64,000 nt of DNA from the NCBI GenBank assembly GCA_963674965.2, contig CAXXFL010000001.1:160001-224000 (forward strand), read 5' to 3'. This document shows positions 28,408 to 38,622 of this stretch, one piece after another. Under the pieces are notes generated by a model. The model was not told where the DNA came from. It did not search any database and saw nothing but the letters and a program-made list of their open reading frames with translations. Every line of letters starts with the position of its first letter. The first letter of the stretch is position 1. A program made the translations under genes and the position numbers. Source of the DNA: a bacterium (GTDB lineage Bacteria > RBG-13-61-14 > DATKZS01).

Positions 28408-30075
28408 TCACCTCATAATCTTCTTATTGACCTTACCCACCGAGGTGAGGGGGATGGCGTCCACGAACTCGATTATCTTGGGCACCTTGTAGGGCGCGAG
28501 CTTTTCCCGGGCAAAGGCCAGTATCTCGCCCTTGACCTCGTCGTCGGGCTTGTCCTTGTAGGCAGGGCTTTTCTGGACCACCAGCTTCACCACCTCCGAG
28601 TCGGGACGCTCGGGGTTGGGAAGGCCCACGATGGCGCACATGCCGATGGCCGGGTGCTTGTAAAGCTTGTCCTCCACCTCGGAGGAAAACACCTTGTAAC
28701 CGCCAACGATCAGCATGTCCTTGGCCCGGTCCACGATGTGAACGAAACCGTCATCATCCATCCGCCCCACGTCGCCCGTGTGCATCCAGACCTTGCCGTC
28801 CCGCTCGCGAAGGGCGTTCTTGGTTTCCTCGGGACGGTTTAAGTAGCCCTTCATCACCTGCGGGCCCGAGCATATCAGCTCGCCCTCCTGGCCGATGGGC
28901 AAATCGGTCGCGCCGTCCTCCAGATCGACCACCTTGACCATGGTGTTGGGCAGGGGCAGGCCCACCGAGCCCACGCGGGATGGCTTCAGCGCCGGGTTGA
29001 CGGTGATGAGGGGGCTGGTCTCGGTCATGCCCCATACCTCGACCATCTTGTCCTTGCCCACCACGCTCTCCAGGTCGATGATGCCCTCGACGGGGAAGGG
29101 CGCGGCGCCGGAGAAGCAGTTCTTCACGCTCGAGAAATCGAGCTTCCTGAACTCGGGCCGGGCCAGGAGCATGAGGAAGAGGGACGGCACGTTGGCCAGG
29201 AAGCTGGGCCGGTATTTGTCGAACTCGGCGATGATGTGGTCCGTGTTGCGCGGGTCGGGTATAAGGGCCTGGGTTGCGGCCCAGGACAGTCCGCACATGG
29301 CCACGAAGAGCCCGGCCATGTGGAACATGGGGAAGCCGGAGATGAACATCTCCTTGCCCCGCTCGACGTGCATCCATACCTCGAACTGGTTGACGTTGGC
29401 CACCATGTTCGAGTGGGAGAGGAGGGCGCCCTTGGCCGGTCCCGTGGTCCCGCCCGTGTACTGGATGAAGCAGGTGTCCTGTCCGGCCAGCCTGGCGTCG
29501 GGAGGGGCGGAGTCGGCGTCCTTCACCGCCTTCATGAAGGGGACGACCTCCTTGCCCGGGTAAGGCCTGCCCGCCGGGAACTCGGTCGCGCCGGGCAGGG
29601 CGTCTCCCATCCCGGTAATGAGGACCATTTCCACGCCGGGGGTCTTGTCGCTTACGGGGGTGAACTTGGCGTCCAGGAGGAGGTCGAGGGTGAGCATGAC
29701 CTTGGCCCCGCAGTCGTTGAGCTGGTAGGCCACCTCGTCGGGCATGAGCAGGGGCGCCAGGCCGGAAACGGCCATGCCCGCTCGCAGGGCGCCCAGTATG
29801 GCGATCAGGTACTGGGGCGAGTTCGGGAGGTTAATGGCCAAAACGTCGCCCTTGCCCAGGCCCTTCCCCGCCAGAAACGCGGCGAACCGGCCCGAAAGCT
29901 CGGCCAGCTCGGCAAAGCTGGTGCTCGAGCCCATGTAATGGTATGCCGCCCGGTCCGGATATTGCGCCGCCGCCTCGAGCAGGTAGTCCTTCAGCGACGC
30001 GTCCGGAATATCCAGATATCCCTTCACTCCCTCGTCGTAAGACTTAAGCCACGGTCTCTCGTCATAAGCGCTCAT
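28408..30075 (-). CDS. Long-chain fatty acid--CoA ligase (FadD-like)
   Basis: YTGGTTGPAKG AMP-binding motif, WGMTET, HTGD, DRAKD, LAPYKVPK. Confidence 0.92.
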   Translation of the reverse strand: MSAYDERPWLKSYDEGVKGYLDIPDASLKDYLLEAAAQYPDRAAYHYMGSSTSFAELAELSGRFAAFLAGKGLGKGDVLAINLPNSPQYLIAILGALRAGMAVSGLAPLLMPDEVAYQLNDCGAKVMLTLDLLLDAKFTPVSDKTPGVEMVLITGMGDALPGATEFPAGRPYPGKEVVPFMKAVKDADSAPPDARLAGQDTCFIQYTGGTTGPAKGALLSHSNMVANVNQFEVWMHVERGKEMFISGFPMFHMAGLFVAMCGLSWAATQALIPDPRNTDHIIAEFDKYRPSFLANVPSLFLMLLARPEFRKLDFSSVKNCFSGAAPFPVEGIIDLESVVGKDKMVEVWGMTETSPLITVNPALKPSRVGSVGLPLPNTMVKVVDLEDGATDLPIGQEGELICSGPQVMKGYLNRPEETKNALRERDGKVWMHTGDVGRMDDDGFVHIVDRAKDMLIVGGYKVFSSEVEDKLYKHPAIGMCAIVGLPNPERPDSEVVKLVVQKSPAYKDKPDDEVKGEILAFAREKLAPYKVPKIIEFVDAIPLTSVGKVNKKIMR

Positions 30076-30098
30076 GATTGTCCCCCTTCTAAATTATT

Positions 30099-31001
30099 TC
30101 ATTCGACCGCCCCGTATTGGCGGAGCAAGTCAACGACGTCATCATGGTTATATTTTAGGGCCAGCCCCAATGGCGTTGCGCCCGTCTTGTTTTTCAACGT
30201 TAGATCCGCCCCGTTAAGGATTAGCAAATGGGCCATGTTTTTATGTCCGTTAATTGTCGCGCAATGTAATGGCGCGTAATTGCGAATATCTTTCGCGTTC
30301 ACCCCGGCTCCATAAGCCAATAAAGATATCGCGATCTGATCTAGCCCCTCATATGCCGCTAAATGTAGGGGCGTTAAATCCTTATTGTCTTTCACGGTTG
30401 CTTCCGCGCCATGGCTCAGTAAAATCTTCACGGCTTCATGCTTTCCAAGAGAAACCGCAAAATGTAATGGTGAGTTTCCGTCTTCGTCCCTGCAGTTCAA
30501 ATCGTCGCTATTAATAATAATCAGCTCGATCAGTTCATTGTCCCCGGATCCCGCGGCAAAATGCAAAGCCTTCATGTTGCCGAAGTCAACCTCATTGACG
30601 CCGGCTCCTTTTTCAATTAGTAGAGCGCTAACTTCGTAGTTATTTCCACTCACGGCGCCTTGCAGAGAGGTACCTCCGAAAATTTTATCGTGGGCGTTTA
30701 TCTTTGCTCCATTTTCCAGCAACAGCTCCACTATCTCCTTATTGCCCTCCACGGAGGCAATATATAGCGCCGTAACCCCTGATTCTTCCCACATGGCGTT
30801 TGCCAGGCTTGGGTCTTTTCCCAACAAAGATTTAACTTCCTCCAGATCTCCCTTTTTCACCTCCTCCATAAAGTCCTCAGAAGGGTTGGAGCAATTAGCT
30901 CCAAATAACGCGCAAGTCAGCGCGAGAACCAAAAGGAGCCGCCCGCATATCGACGGAGGAACATGTATTATAGGCGCTAAATTATTCTCTGGCGTGACCA
31001 T
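30099..31001 (-). CDS. Ankyrin-repeat protein, probably exported/lipoprotein
   Basis: Multiple TPLHxAA-type repeats; hydrophobic leader ending FGANC; lower GC; start uncertain (31001-31142). Confidence 0.88.
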   Translation of the reverse strand: MVTPENNLAPIIHVPPSICGRLLLVLALTCALFGANCSNPSEDFMEEVKKGDLEEVKSLLGKDPSLANAMWEESGVTALYIASVEGNKEIVELLLENGAKINAHDKIFGGTSLQGAVSGNNYEVSALLIEKGAGVNEVDFGNMKALHFAAGSGDNELIELIIINSDDLNCRDEDGNSPLHFAVSLGKHEAVKILLSHGAEATVKDNKDLTPLHLAAYEGLDQIAISLLAYGAGVNAKDIRNYAPLHCATINGHKNMAHLLILNGADLTLKNKTGATPLGLALKYNHDDVVDLLRQYGAVE

Positions 31002-31427
31002 TGGCCGGAGATTACGGGCTTTTTCCCTGGCCACTTTCCACTTTTTACAATTGATCATTTTGGAGATGCCTACACAATTGTTGGTCCACCGACATGATCG
31101 GCCACCGCCAGACGCCCCCGTATAAATGGCCACCTGATCCAAATTTCCGATTGGAGTTGCCCCGGAATCACGCCGAGATTATCGCGTCCAGAATTTCGAG
31201 CTTTATTCAATTGGACTTTCAGTCACTCGCGATTATCCGGCATTTCCGGACGGAGCGGTTTCTCCTAAACCGGACAAGACCTTCCTGGGCGGGCCATATG
31301 TCCCTTGGGCGACTATATCAGGATTGGAATGTTCTTGGAAATCGCGGCCGGGTGGCGCGTCTATGAGCAAGCCCGTCAAGTCGGGCAAGGGATTTAAGCG
31401 GAACGTCCCAGCCATCTATCCGACGCT

Positions 31428-31465
31428 GGTGGCACGGATAGCCTATTCGCGCGGCGAAAGCGCGG
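31428..31465 (+). repeat. Degenerate copy of the GGGTGG REP-like repeat
   Basis: GGTGGCACGGATAGCCTATTCGCGCGGCGAAAGCGCGG aligns with the 27188-27226 variant with a short loop deletion. Confidence 0.6.
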
Positions 31466-31492
31466 GATCGAATTACAAATAATCCAACGGGT

Positions 31493-31553
31493 ACTCAGGG
31501 TAGACCCTGGTGGGTCAATCCTGGGCTACTATATTCAGCCCCTTCGGGACTGA
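31493..31553. repeat. Second type of REP-like double hairpin
   Basis: CTCAGGGTAGACC...GGTCAATCCTGGG hairpin followed by TCAGCCCC-TTC-GGGACTGA; resembles CCCAGGG...CCCTGGGC/GCCCCTTCGGGGC-type REP elements; single copy here. Confidence 0.5.
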
Positions 31554-31798
31554 GGGAAATGGAATGAATAAGGCGCCGATATTATTGCCGGCAATTATGA
31601 AACGCCGCGGTCCCCGCAAAATACGCCGGGATTTGGGGATTGAAGAGATCGGCAAGTGAAGCGGCTTTCCCGGCCAAAGATATCATTTGGATTCAGGCGC
31701 GAGAATAATCATCCGGCGTGACTTGGTTGAACCAACCAGGCTTGGGCCGGGAGGGGATTGCCCTTTGCCCGGCCCAGGCTTGGTTTGGTTTTCAGTCT

Positions 31799-32926
31799 TT
31801 AAAACTCGATCAGGAGCCGGCCGTAGGTCTCGAGGGCCGTGTCTCCCTCGTCGTCCTCTCCGTAGGCCACCTGCAGGGCGACGGAGGCGTTCTCGAATAT
31901 GACCGCCCCGGCGAAGGCGTTCCAGGCCGCGTATCGCGTGGGAGTAAGGGAGGGGTCGGCCTCGTTGGCCCCGAGCCAGTCCAGGCCGCTTATCTGGTCG
32001 TATCCAGCTCCGATCCACCATTTGCCGTCCCCGGCCAGCGATAGTTCCGCGTGCATGAGGCTGACCGAGCTTTGGTCTCCATCCAGATCGACGTAGTTCA
32101 GCTCGTCGAACTCTCCCGAGGCGATATAAACCGCCTCCAGGCCGAACTCGTAAGACGAGCCAACGGGCGCGATGAAGGCGGCGTGGCCCGAGTAACCGGG
32201 GACCGGGTCCTCATAGACCGGGCTCATGAAGAAGGCGTTGCCAAAGTCGAGCTCGGTTTCCGCGAAGTCGCTAAGATAACTGAAGCCGAAATCGAGCAGA
32301 TAGCCGTCGTCTCCGGTCATGGGCGTAAGCCGGGCGTGAATCACGTAGTCGTCAATGGCCTCGTCCTCCGGGTTGCCCAAGTCGTCGGTCAGGTCGAAGT
32401 CGCCGTTAAAAAAAGCCGCGCTCAAGGCCACGTAGGAGTTCTCGTAGCCGAGCTCGACCGCCGTCTTGCGGCAATCGCCGAAGTGCCAGGTCAGGGGGTC
32501 CTCGATCCCGTCCGTGTCCTCGTAGGTAAAGGCGGGAAACATCTTGCCCGCCGATACGTAGGCCCCTCCATATTTGACCTTCAGCCAGCCCTCGTCCATG
32601 CCGAAGTTGTCCCCGTCAGGCTCGGCGAAAAACTCCTCGAAAAGGAATACCAACTGGGCCTCGAGATGAGGGTTGGGCTCGGCGTGAAAACCTACCCCCG
32701 CGTAGCGGACGTAAACGTCGCTTTGGTTCACGTCGTCAACGCCCTCCGCGTCAAAGGAATAGCTCTTATAAGCGGCGCGAGCGTCAACCCAGGCCTCGAC
32801 CGAAACGGGCAGGGCGGCGATCATGGCTTCCCCTCCGCCCTCCTCCTCGGCGGCCGAAAGGGAAGGAAATATCATGGCCATGGCGAAAATAATCGCGATA
32901 GGGGAAATCATTTTCACGTGTTTCAT
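31799..32926 (-). CDS. Outer-membrane beta-barrel, LbtU-family porin-like
   Basis: Signal peptide, FLFEE / DEG / GKM / DPLT pattern, alternating beta-strand residues, terminal Phe. Confidence 0.7.
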   Translation of the reverse strand: MKHVKMISPIAIIFAMAMIFPSLSAAEEEGGGEAMIAALPVSVEAWVDARAAYKSYSFDAEGVDDVNQSDVYVRYAGVGFHAEPNPHLEAQLVFLFEEFFAEPDGDNFGMDEGWLKVKYGGAYVSAGKMFPAFTYEDTDGIEDPLTWHFGDCRKTAVELGYENSYVALSAAFFNGDFDLTDDLGNPEDEAIDDYVIHARLTPMTGDDGYLLDFGFSYLSDFAETELDFGNAFFMSPVYEDPVPGYSGHAAFIAPVGSSYEFGLEAVYIASGEFDELNYVDLDGDQSSVSLMHAELSLAGDGKWWIGAGYDQISGLDWLGANEADPSLTPTRYAAWNAFAGAVIFENASVALQVAYGEDDEGDTALETYGRLLIEF

Positions 32927-33015
32927 TTACAACCTCCAGAATTAGTTTAGAGGCATGGTAACACGAAATATATTATCGTGCAATCGGGCGGCGAAAACAT
33001 CAAATAACGAAAATT

Positions 33016-33783
33016 TCAATTACCCAAAATATAGCGGCCATTCGAGTCGATGACAACCTGGGGCAAGTCCCCCTTGGTCTCGAAATAATCATGAATGACC
33101 GAAAGCTCGCGCCAGAATGAGGCAAGCCCCGAGTCGTTGGCGGAATATTGCTCGAGTTCCTTTTTGCACGAGTCCTCATTCATGCGGCAGGGAAAGATAT
33201 GGACCTGGGGAGAATGGCCGCTTTTAGCCTTGGAATCCAGACAGATAAGATATAACTCCTCGATGGGGCCGTCCTGAATGGGGATGCAGCCGATGGTAAC
33301 GCAGTTGCCGTGGATGAAGATATCCCCGCCCGGTCTTTTCTTGTCTCCCAGTATTCTGTCCGAGCGGTTGGGATAGTTAAGGCCGAGGGAGAGATGGAAA
33401 TTGGAATAGGGATTGAAGCGGTCCACGTGGTACACGCCCTCCGGTACCTGGAGGTCCCCCTCCTTGCGCTTGGGTCCGAGCTTGCCGGAGGGAGCGCAGA
33501 CCGGCCAGGTAACGATCCTGGAGTATTTCTTTTTTCCCGAGTCTCGCGCCCAGACCTCGAGCTCGAGCTCCTTTTTATAATGGCGGATGAAAACGTCGCG
33601 CGGAGGATAAGATACGCCGGCCTCGGCGAAGGTCTTTTTCACCGCCTCGATCTTCGCCTTCCTGGCCGCCTCGACGCGGGACTGGGAAAAGGACTCGGAC
33701 GCGATCATTAACACGGCCAGTATGGCGCCGAACAACGCGGCGAGAGGCCAAAACGATTTCTTTTCCTGTAGGTGACGCCCCAT
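33016..33783 (-). CDS. L,D-transpeptidase (YkuD; YafK/DpaA-like)
   Basis: KRKEGDLQVPEG, LNYPN, IFIHGNCVTIGC catalytic His/Cys. Confidence 0.9.
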   Translation of the reverse strand: MGRHLQEKKSFWPLAALFGAILAVLMIASESFSQSRVEAARKAKIEAVKKTFAEAGVSYPPRDVFIRHYKKELELEVWARDSGKKKYSRIVTWPVCAPSGKLGPKRKEGDLQVPEGVYHVDRFNPYSNFHLSLGLNYPNRSDRILGDKKRPGGDIFIHGNCVTIGCIPIQDGPIEELYLICLDSKAKSGHSPQVHIFPCRMNEDSCKKELEQYSANDSGLASFWRELSVIHDYFETKGDLPQVVIDSNGRYILGN

Positions 33784-33903
33784 GGAGCTACTCCTTTTTG
33801 GTGGACTATCCCGCGCCGATTTTTTAGGGCCAGGTCATTATAGATAACGGTCATGGCGGCTCGGCGTCCCTCTTGTGAAAAAAACATGGAAATCTTCGGG
33901 CCC

Positions 33904-34941
33904 TTATGGCGCTCGGCCTTTTAGCTCGGCCATATGGAAGGCCATATCCAAGGCGGCGGCCATGGACCCGGCGTCGGCCACGCCGCGCCAGGCGATGGTC
34001 TCGGCCGTTCCGTGAGCGGGGGAAGTCCTGATCAGGGGGAGCCCGAGGGTTACGTTGACGGCGCGGTCGAAGTACAAGGTCTTGATTGGTATCAGGGCCT
34101 GGTCGTGATACATGCAGGCGGCGGCGTCGAAATTTTCCATCATGGGTTTGGTGAACATGGTGTCCGCCGGGAAGGGACCGCTCACGTTAACGCCCTTTTT
34201 CTTGAGCCGCTCGATGGCCGGCTGGATGATCTCGATTTCCTCGCTGCCCAGTACGCCCGCCTCCCCCGCGTGCGGGTTCAGTCCCGAGACGGCGATCCGG
34301 GGCTTATCGATACCGAACCTGCCTTTAAGCTCGCGATGGATCGTCTCGATGGCCGCGACGAGATTTGCCTCGATCAGCAATCCGGGTACCTGGGCGAGGG
34401 GAACGTGCATGGTAAGGGGGACCACCCTGAGCGACTCGGCCGCGATCATCATCAGCGCCCTGGCCCCGGTCCCGGCCTCGAGCCAGTCCGTGTGCCCGGG
34501 GAAGGGGAACCCCGCCTGGTGAAGCGCCAGCTTGGACACGGGGGCCGTCACCAGGGCGGCCCGCTCGAGGGCCTTCACGGTCTCGAGTCCGGCCTCCAGG
34601 CATTGCCAGGCGCTTTTGCCGGTCTCCCGGTCCGGCTTGCCGGGATTGACGCCGGTGAAGGCCAGGTCCGAGGCGGCAAGGGCAAGGACAGACCCGGCTG
34701 AAGGGACCGCTTCATCCATTCGCCTGACCGGCGCGTTTTCCTTCCACTTCTCCCGGAGGCGGGAAGAACCGAAACGTCCAGCGGCCTCATCCATAACGGA
34801 AGGCGAGCAGACGACTACAAAAGCCGCCGCGAGATTTTGGATGGATTGGTTAAGGGCCTTGACCATGACCTCGGGGCCGACTCCGGCGGGGTCGCCCATG
34901 GTCAGGACGATGACGGGATGATCGTTACTTGTCTTTTTCAC
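33904..34941 (-). CDS. pdxA: 4-hydroxythreonine-4-phosphate dehydrogenase
   Basis: MGDPAGVGPE, GHTD, NPHAGE, MYHDQ, TLGLPLIRTS motifs; follows surA. Confidence 0.95.
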   Translation of the reverse strand: MKKTSNDHPVIVLTMGDPAGVGPEVMVKALNQSIQNLAAAFVVVCSPSVMDEAAGRFGSSRLREKWKENAPVRRMDEAVPSAGSVLALAASDLAFTGVNPGKPDRETGKSAWQCLEAGLETVKALERAALVTAPVSKLALHQAGFPFPGHTDWLEAGTGARALMMIAAESLRVVPLTMHVPLAQVPGLLIEANLVAAIETIHRELKGRFGIDKPRIAVSGLNPHAGEAGVLGSEEIEIIQPAIERLKKKGVNVSGPFPADTMFTKPMMENFDAAACMYHDQALIPIKTLYFDRAVNVTLGLPLIRTSPAHGTAETIAWRGVADAGSMAAALDMAFHMAELKGRAP

Positions 34942-35941
34942 TTATCTCGGGACCCGGCAGCGGGTCGCGCAGCCTGTTCTCGATATGGGCCCTGGCCTTG
35001 AGCCGGTTAAGCCACAGGTCGTAGCGCTCCATGGTTTCCCTTTGATATAAAACGTCGGTGATGGTTTTTCTCACGTCCTCGAGGTCCTTGGGGCCGCCCT
35101 TGGTGATCTTCTCCACAAGTATGAGATGGGCCCCGTTTCCCTGGATGAAGACGGGCGTCATCTGGCCCTCCCCGAGTCCTTTGACTTTGTCCTTGAACTC
35201 GGGAAGGAGCTCGGCAAGGGTGAACTCGCCCAGGTCCCCGCCTTGCGGCGCCGTGGGACTTTGCGAATAAAGCAGGGCCATCTCGGCGAAGTCGGCCCCT
35301 AAAAGAATTTTCTGCCTTATTTGTTCCAGCTCGGCCGCCGCGCCCGCGCCCGCGGGATCGTCCTCCGGCTTGAAGGCGATGAAGATATGCCGAAGAGTGA
35401 ACTTGTCCGGCTCGACGAAAAGATCGGGATGCTGGTTATAAAAGGAGATGACCTCCTCGTCGGTGACTTCTATCTCTCCCCTTACCTCCTGGCTGATAAG
35501 ACGGTAGGTAATAAGCTGTTCTTTAACCTGCTCCCTGTAGCTATCGAGGCTGATCCCCTGGGACGCGAGGGCCCTGGCGAATTCCTCGTCGTCAAGGCCC
35601 AGGGTCTCTTGCTTCCTGTCGATGGCTTTCTCGACCTCGAAGGTGTCCACCTTGATGCCCTGGCGCTTAACTTCCTGTTCTATCACTTTTTTCTCGATTA
35701 AAAGATCGAGGTATTCCTCGTGGCTGACCTCCGCCCGCTTCTCGCCCGTGACCGGGTCGGGGGCCATGACGCCCAATAAGTCGTTATCGTAGGCCAGGTC
35801 GAGCTCGCGCTCGGTGATGGCCTCGTCGCCCACCACGGCGATGATCCTGTCTACTACCTCCGCGCCGGCGGAAGCTGCCAGGACCAGAATGAACCCAAAT
35901 AAAAATATGGACCGTTTATTTATCATTTCCCTGATTGCCAT
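34925..35941 (-). CDS. surA: SurA-like periplasmic chaperone/PPIase
   Basis: Signal peptide, VVDRIIAVVG SurA N-domain, parvulin domain (LRHIFI, GGDLG); surA-pdxA synteny; start 35941 or 35926. Confidence 0.85.
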   Translation of the reverse strand: MAIREMINKRSIFLFGFILVLAASAGAEVVDRIIAVVGDEAITERELDLAYDNDLLGVMAPDPVTGEKRAEVSHEEYLDLLIEKKVIEQEVKRQGIKVDTFEVEKAIDRKQETLGLDDEEFARALASQGISLDSYREQVKEQLITYRLISQEVRGEIEVTDEEVISFYNQHPDLFVEPDKFTLRHIFIAFKPEDDPAGAGAAAELEQIRQKILLGADFAEMALLYSQSPTAPQGGDLGEFTLAELLPEFKDKVKGLGEGQMTPVFIQGNGAHLILVEKITKGGPKDLEDVRKTITDVLYQRETMERYDLWLNRLKARAHIENRLRDPLPGPEISEKDK

Positions 35942-35951
35942 CGATTTTTCT

Positions 35952-36959
35952 TTATTGCTGGGCCGAGTCTCCCGCCTCGATTTCAGGCGACAAAGTGGAG
36001 CCGTCCCCCGCGGTGTCCCCGCTTTCCATGGTGTCCCCGCTCTCCGCGGTGTCTTGGCTTTCCGGCTTGGGAGAGTACTTCTCGATAAGGCCCTGGATGT
36101 TTTCCTCGTACCTTACAATCTTCGCGTCGGGCCGGGTGGAAAGCTCGTTCTGGAAAGACCTGATCGCGTCGTCGCGCTGCATTTCCTTAAGGGCCTTGGA
36201 CAGCTCGGGCGTGAGTCCCCTTGGGTTGAGGTTGCCCTGCTTCTCGACCAACTGGAAGATATAGTATCCGTTAGTTCCCTCGACGGGCTCGCTCAAGTCA
36301 CCTTCTTCCATGGAGAAAAAGGTCTCGGCAACTTTAAAGCCGCCCATATTCTCGAGGGCCTGCTGAGTGAGGTATCCCATTTCGCCGCCATAGGCCCCGC
36401 TGGGATCGTCTGAATACTCGTCGGCCAGCGGACCGAAATCCCCGCCGGCGAGTATCTTCTGGTGGACCTCACCGGCCTTCCTGGCCGCCTCGGCTTTAGC
36501 CTCTTGCGGAGGATTAACGGGGAACCTGATGTAAATAAATCGGCCGCGCCTGAAGTTTTCCTGGAAGTATTTATAGACCGCCTGATCGTTGATGGTGGAG
36601 TCCAAAAGCAGGTTGACCAGGGTCTGTTGCCTGACCAGGTCCATTCTTTCCTTGTACTCGGCGGTCTCGTCGAGACGGCGGTTTTCCGCCTCCTGGGCCA
36701 TCAGCCTCCAGGTTATCAGGTTTTCCAGGGTTTCCTCGAACCCCTTTTGATTTATCAGGTCTCGCCGCTGCTCGATGGGCAGCATGGCCAGAGCGCGAGT
36801 CAGGTCCACCTCCCGGACGGGCTCGCCGTTTACCGTGGCCAAAACGTCGGGACCGAGGTCCTCGTCCTTCTTTTTATCGCCGCAGCCGGCAAGACCCAAA
36901 ACGATCAGCAGCGCCAAGGCGCCGGCAAGACCGGACGGGCTAAAGCCTTTGAAAATCAT
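35952..36959 (-). CDS. PpiC-type peptidyl-prolyl isomerase lipoprotein
   Basis: Lipobox LAGC, LATVNGE, parvulin motifs (YSDD, GGEMG, SEPV..GYYI). Confidence 0.85.
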   Translation of the reverse strand: MIFKGFSPSGLAGALALLIVLGLAGCGDKKKDEDLGPDVLATVNGEPVREVDLTRALAMLPIEQRRDLINQKGFEETLENLITWRLMAQEAENRRLDETAEYKERMDLVRQQTLVNLLLDSTINDQAVYKYFQENFRRGRFIYIRFPVNPPQEAKAEAARKAGEVHQKILAGGDFGPLADEYSDDPSGAYGGEMGYLTQQALENMGGFKVAETFFSMEEGDLSEPVEGTNGYYIFQLVEKQGNLNPRGLTPELSKALKEMQRDDAIRSFQNELSTRPDAKIVRYEENIQGLIEKYSPKPESQDTAESGDTMESGDTAGDGSTLSPEIEAGDSAQQ

Positions 36960-37183
36960 GTACCGCTCTCCCCCGCCGCCTTTTTAAGGTACTCGCTCTT
37001 GTAATGGTCCTCACAATAGGCCTTCATGTAGCGGCGATTCGTGCAGCCTTCCATTTTGCAGGGCTTGAAACGGTCGTGACCGTACTCGCCCTTGCGCCAC
37101 TTCTGATAATGGACCCGGCAATAACCTTTGGCCCGAACGGGACGCTTGCATCCCTCTATTTTGCATTCCTTGACTTCCGACAC
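36956..37183 (-). CDS. Small basic protein with two C-x4-C-x9-C-x2-H units (VegA/'vegetative protein'-like)
   Basis: CKIEGCKRPVRAKGYCRVH and CKMEGCTNRRYMKAYCEDH; AAGGAGG SD, GTG start; stop overlaps next ATG. Confidence 0.75.
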   Translation of the reverse strand: MSEVKECKIEGCKRPVRAKGYCRVHYQKWRKGEYGHDRFKPCKMEGCTNRRYMKAYCEDHYKSEYLKKAAGESGT

Positions 37184-37347
37184 TTCTCTAACCCTCCTTA
37201 AAAAACGGCTTTACGGTTGATGGATAATTGGACGCGGATTCGGGAATAAGGTTCCCCCCGGACCGCGAATGATATCCATTTCTCAGACCGTAATATTACT
37301 ATTTGGTTCGGATCGAGTCAAAGTCGGGCCGGCTTTCGGGCCGCGGA

Positions 37348-38622
37348 CTATCCAGCCGCCCGGAGGGCCGGGCGTTTGATGGAAACGGCCAGCACGCAGG
37401 CGACGGCGTCCAGGGCCATGAAAAGAGCGTAGGCCGGAGCGTAGGAGCCGGTAAGGTCGAAGGCCAGGCCCATGGCCACGTACCCGACGACCTGGAGGAT
37501 CAGGAACAGGCCGGCGAAGCGAAGGACCGAGGCGAAGGACTCCCGTCCGAAGAGGTCGGCCACGATCACCTGGAAGACGCTCATCACTCCGCCCATGGAA
37601 AACCCGAAAACCAAAATGAAAAGCACGAGCGCGACCGCCTGGCCGTGAATAAGTCCGAGCCCAAGGCCCAGGGCGTTGGCGCCCATCATGACGGCCGCCA
37701 CCTTTCTCGAGTCGAAATGGTCGCAACTATGGCCCCAGGCGTATTTGCCCGCCGCTCCCAGAAGGGCGGTCAGGCTCATAAGGCCCATGGCCGCGTTGTC
37801 TCCCATCTCGAGGCTTTTGAAATGGGGCTTGAGCTGGACCATGACGCCCACCACGCCGATCATGGTCAGGCCGAAGGCAAGGCCGGCTTTCCAGAAGGCC
37901 CATTCCCGAACGAGCTTGCCCGGCGGCCACGAGACAATTAACGCCTCACCCCCGGCGGGCGCCTCGGGCGGGACGGCCGCGCCCTCCGGAGCGGGCTCCC
38001 GCTCGGCCCCGTCGGGCAACAGCCCGTGGTCCTCGGGCCGGTTGCGCACCACGATGAAAGAAATCGGCGCGATTAATACAAGGCCGAGACCGATGATGAA
38101 AAAGGCCGCGCTCAGTCCGTAAGCCTTGTACAGCAGCATGGCCGCCCAGGGGATGACCGCGCCGGACAAGGATATGCCCGCCGCCGCCAGTCCGATGGCC
38201 TTGCCCCTTTTGGCCTCGAACCAGTTGTTGACGGCCGTGCTCGCCACGATGCCGGCCTGGGCCGCGTTTCCCAGAAAAAGCACCGCGTATAAAAGATAAA
38301 AAACCCCGATGCCCTTCACCTGGCCCAGCAAAGCGAAGGCTATTCCCGCCACCAGCGCCCCGGCGCTCATCATTACGCGTGGGCCCAGCCTCATCACCAT
38401 GGCGCCGTAGGCCACTTGCGCCACCACGCCGAAGAGCGTGCCGATTACCAGGGCGAGGTTGATTTGCGTGGTCGAGAAGCCCCGCTCGTCCCGCAACGGC
38501 TCCATGAAAGCGTTAAAGGCGTAGAAGTTGGTTCCCACCGCCATGAAGTTGACCAGCAAGGAGTTGATAACAATATACCAGCCATAAAAAGGGCGGCCAG
38601 GGGATTTGGTTATCGCGTTCAT
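37348..38622 (-). CDS. MFS transporter (OFA/MCT-like)
   Basis: FYGWYIV N-terminus, NWFEAKRGKAIG, about 12 TM segments; probable start ATG 38622. Confidence 0.9.
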   Translation of the reverse strand: MNAITKSPGRPFYGWYIVINSLLVNFMAVGTNFYAFNAFMEPLRDERGFSTTQINLALVIGTLFGVVAQVAYGAMVMRLGPRVMMSAGALVAGIAFALLGQVKGIGVFYLLYAVLFLGNAAQAGIVASTAVNNWFEAKRGKAIGLAAAGISLSGAVIPWAAMLLYKAYGLSAAFFIIGLGLVLIAPISFIVVRNRPEDHGLLPDGAEREPAPEGAAVPPEAPAGGEALIVSWPPGKLVREWAFWKAGLAFGLTMIGVVGVMVQLKPHFKSLEMGDNAAMGLMSLTALLGAAGKYAWGHSCDHFDSRKVAAVMMGANALGLGLGLIHGQAVALVLFILVFGFSMGGVMSVFQVIVADLFGRESFASVLRFAGLFLILQVVGYVAMGLAFDLTGSYAPAYALFMALDAVACVLAVSIKRPALRAAG

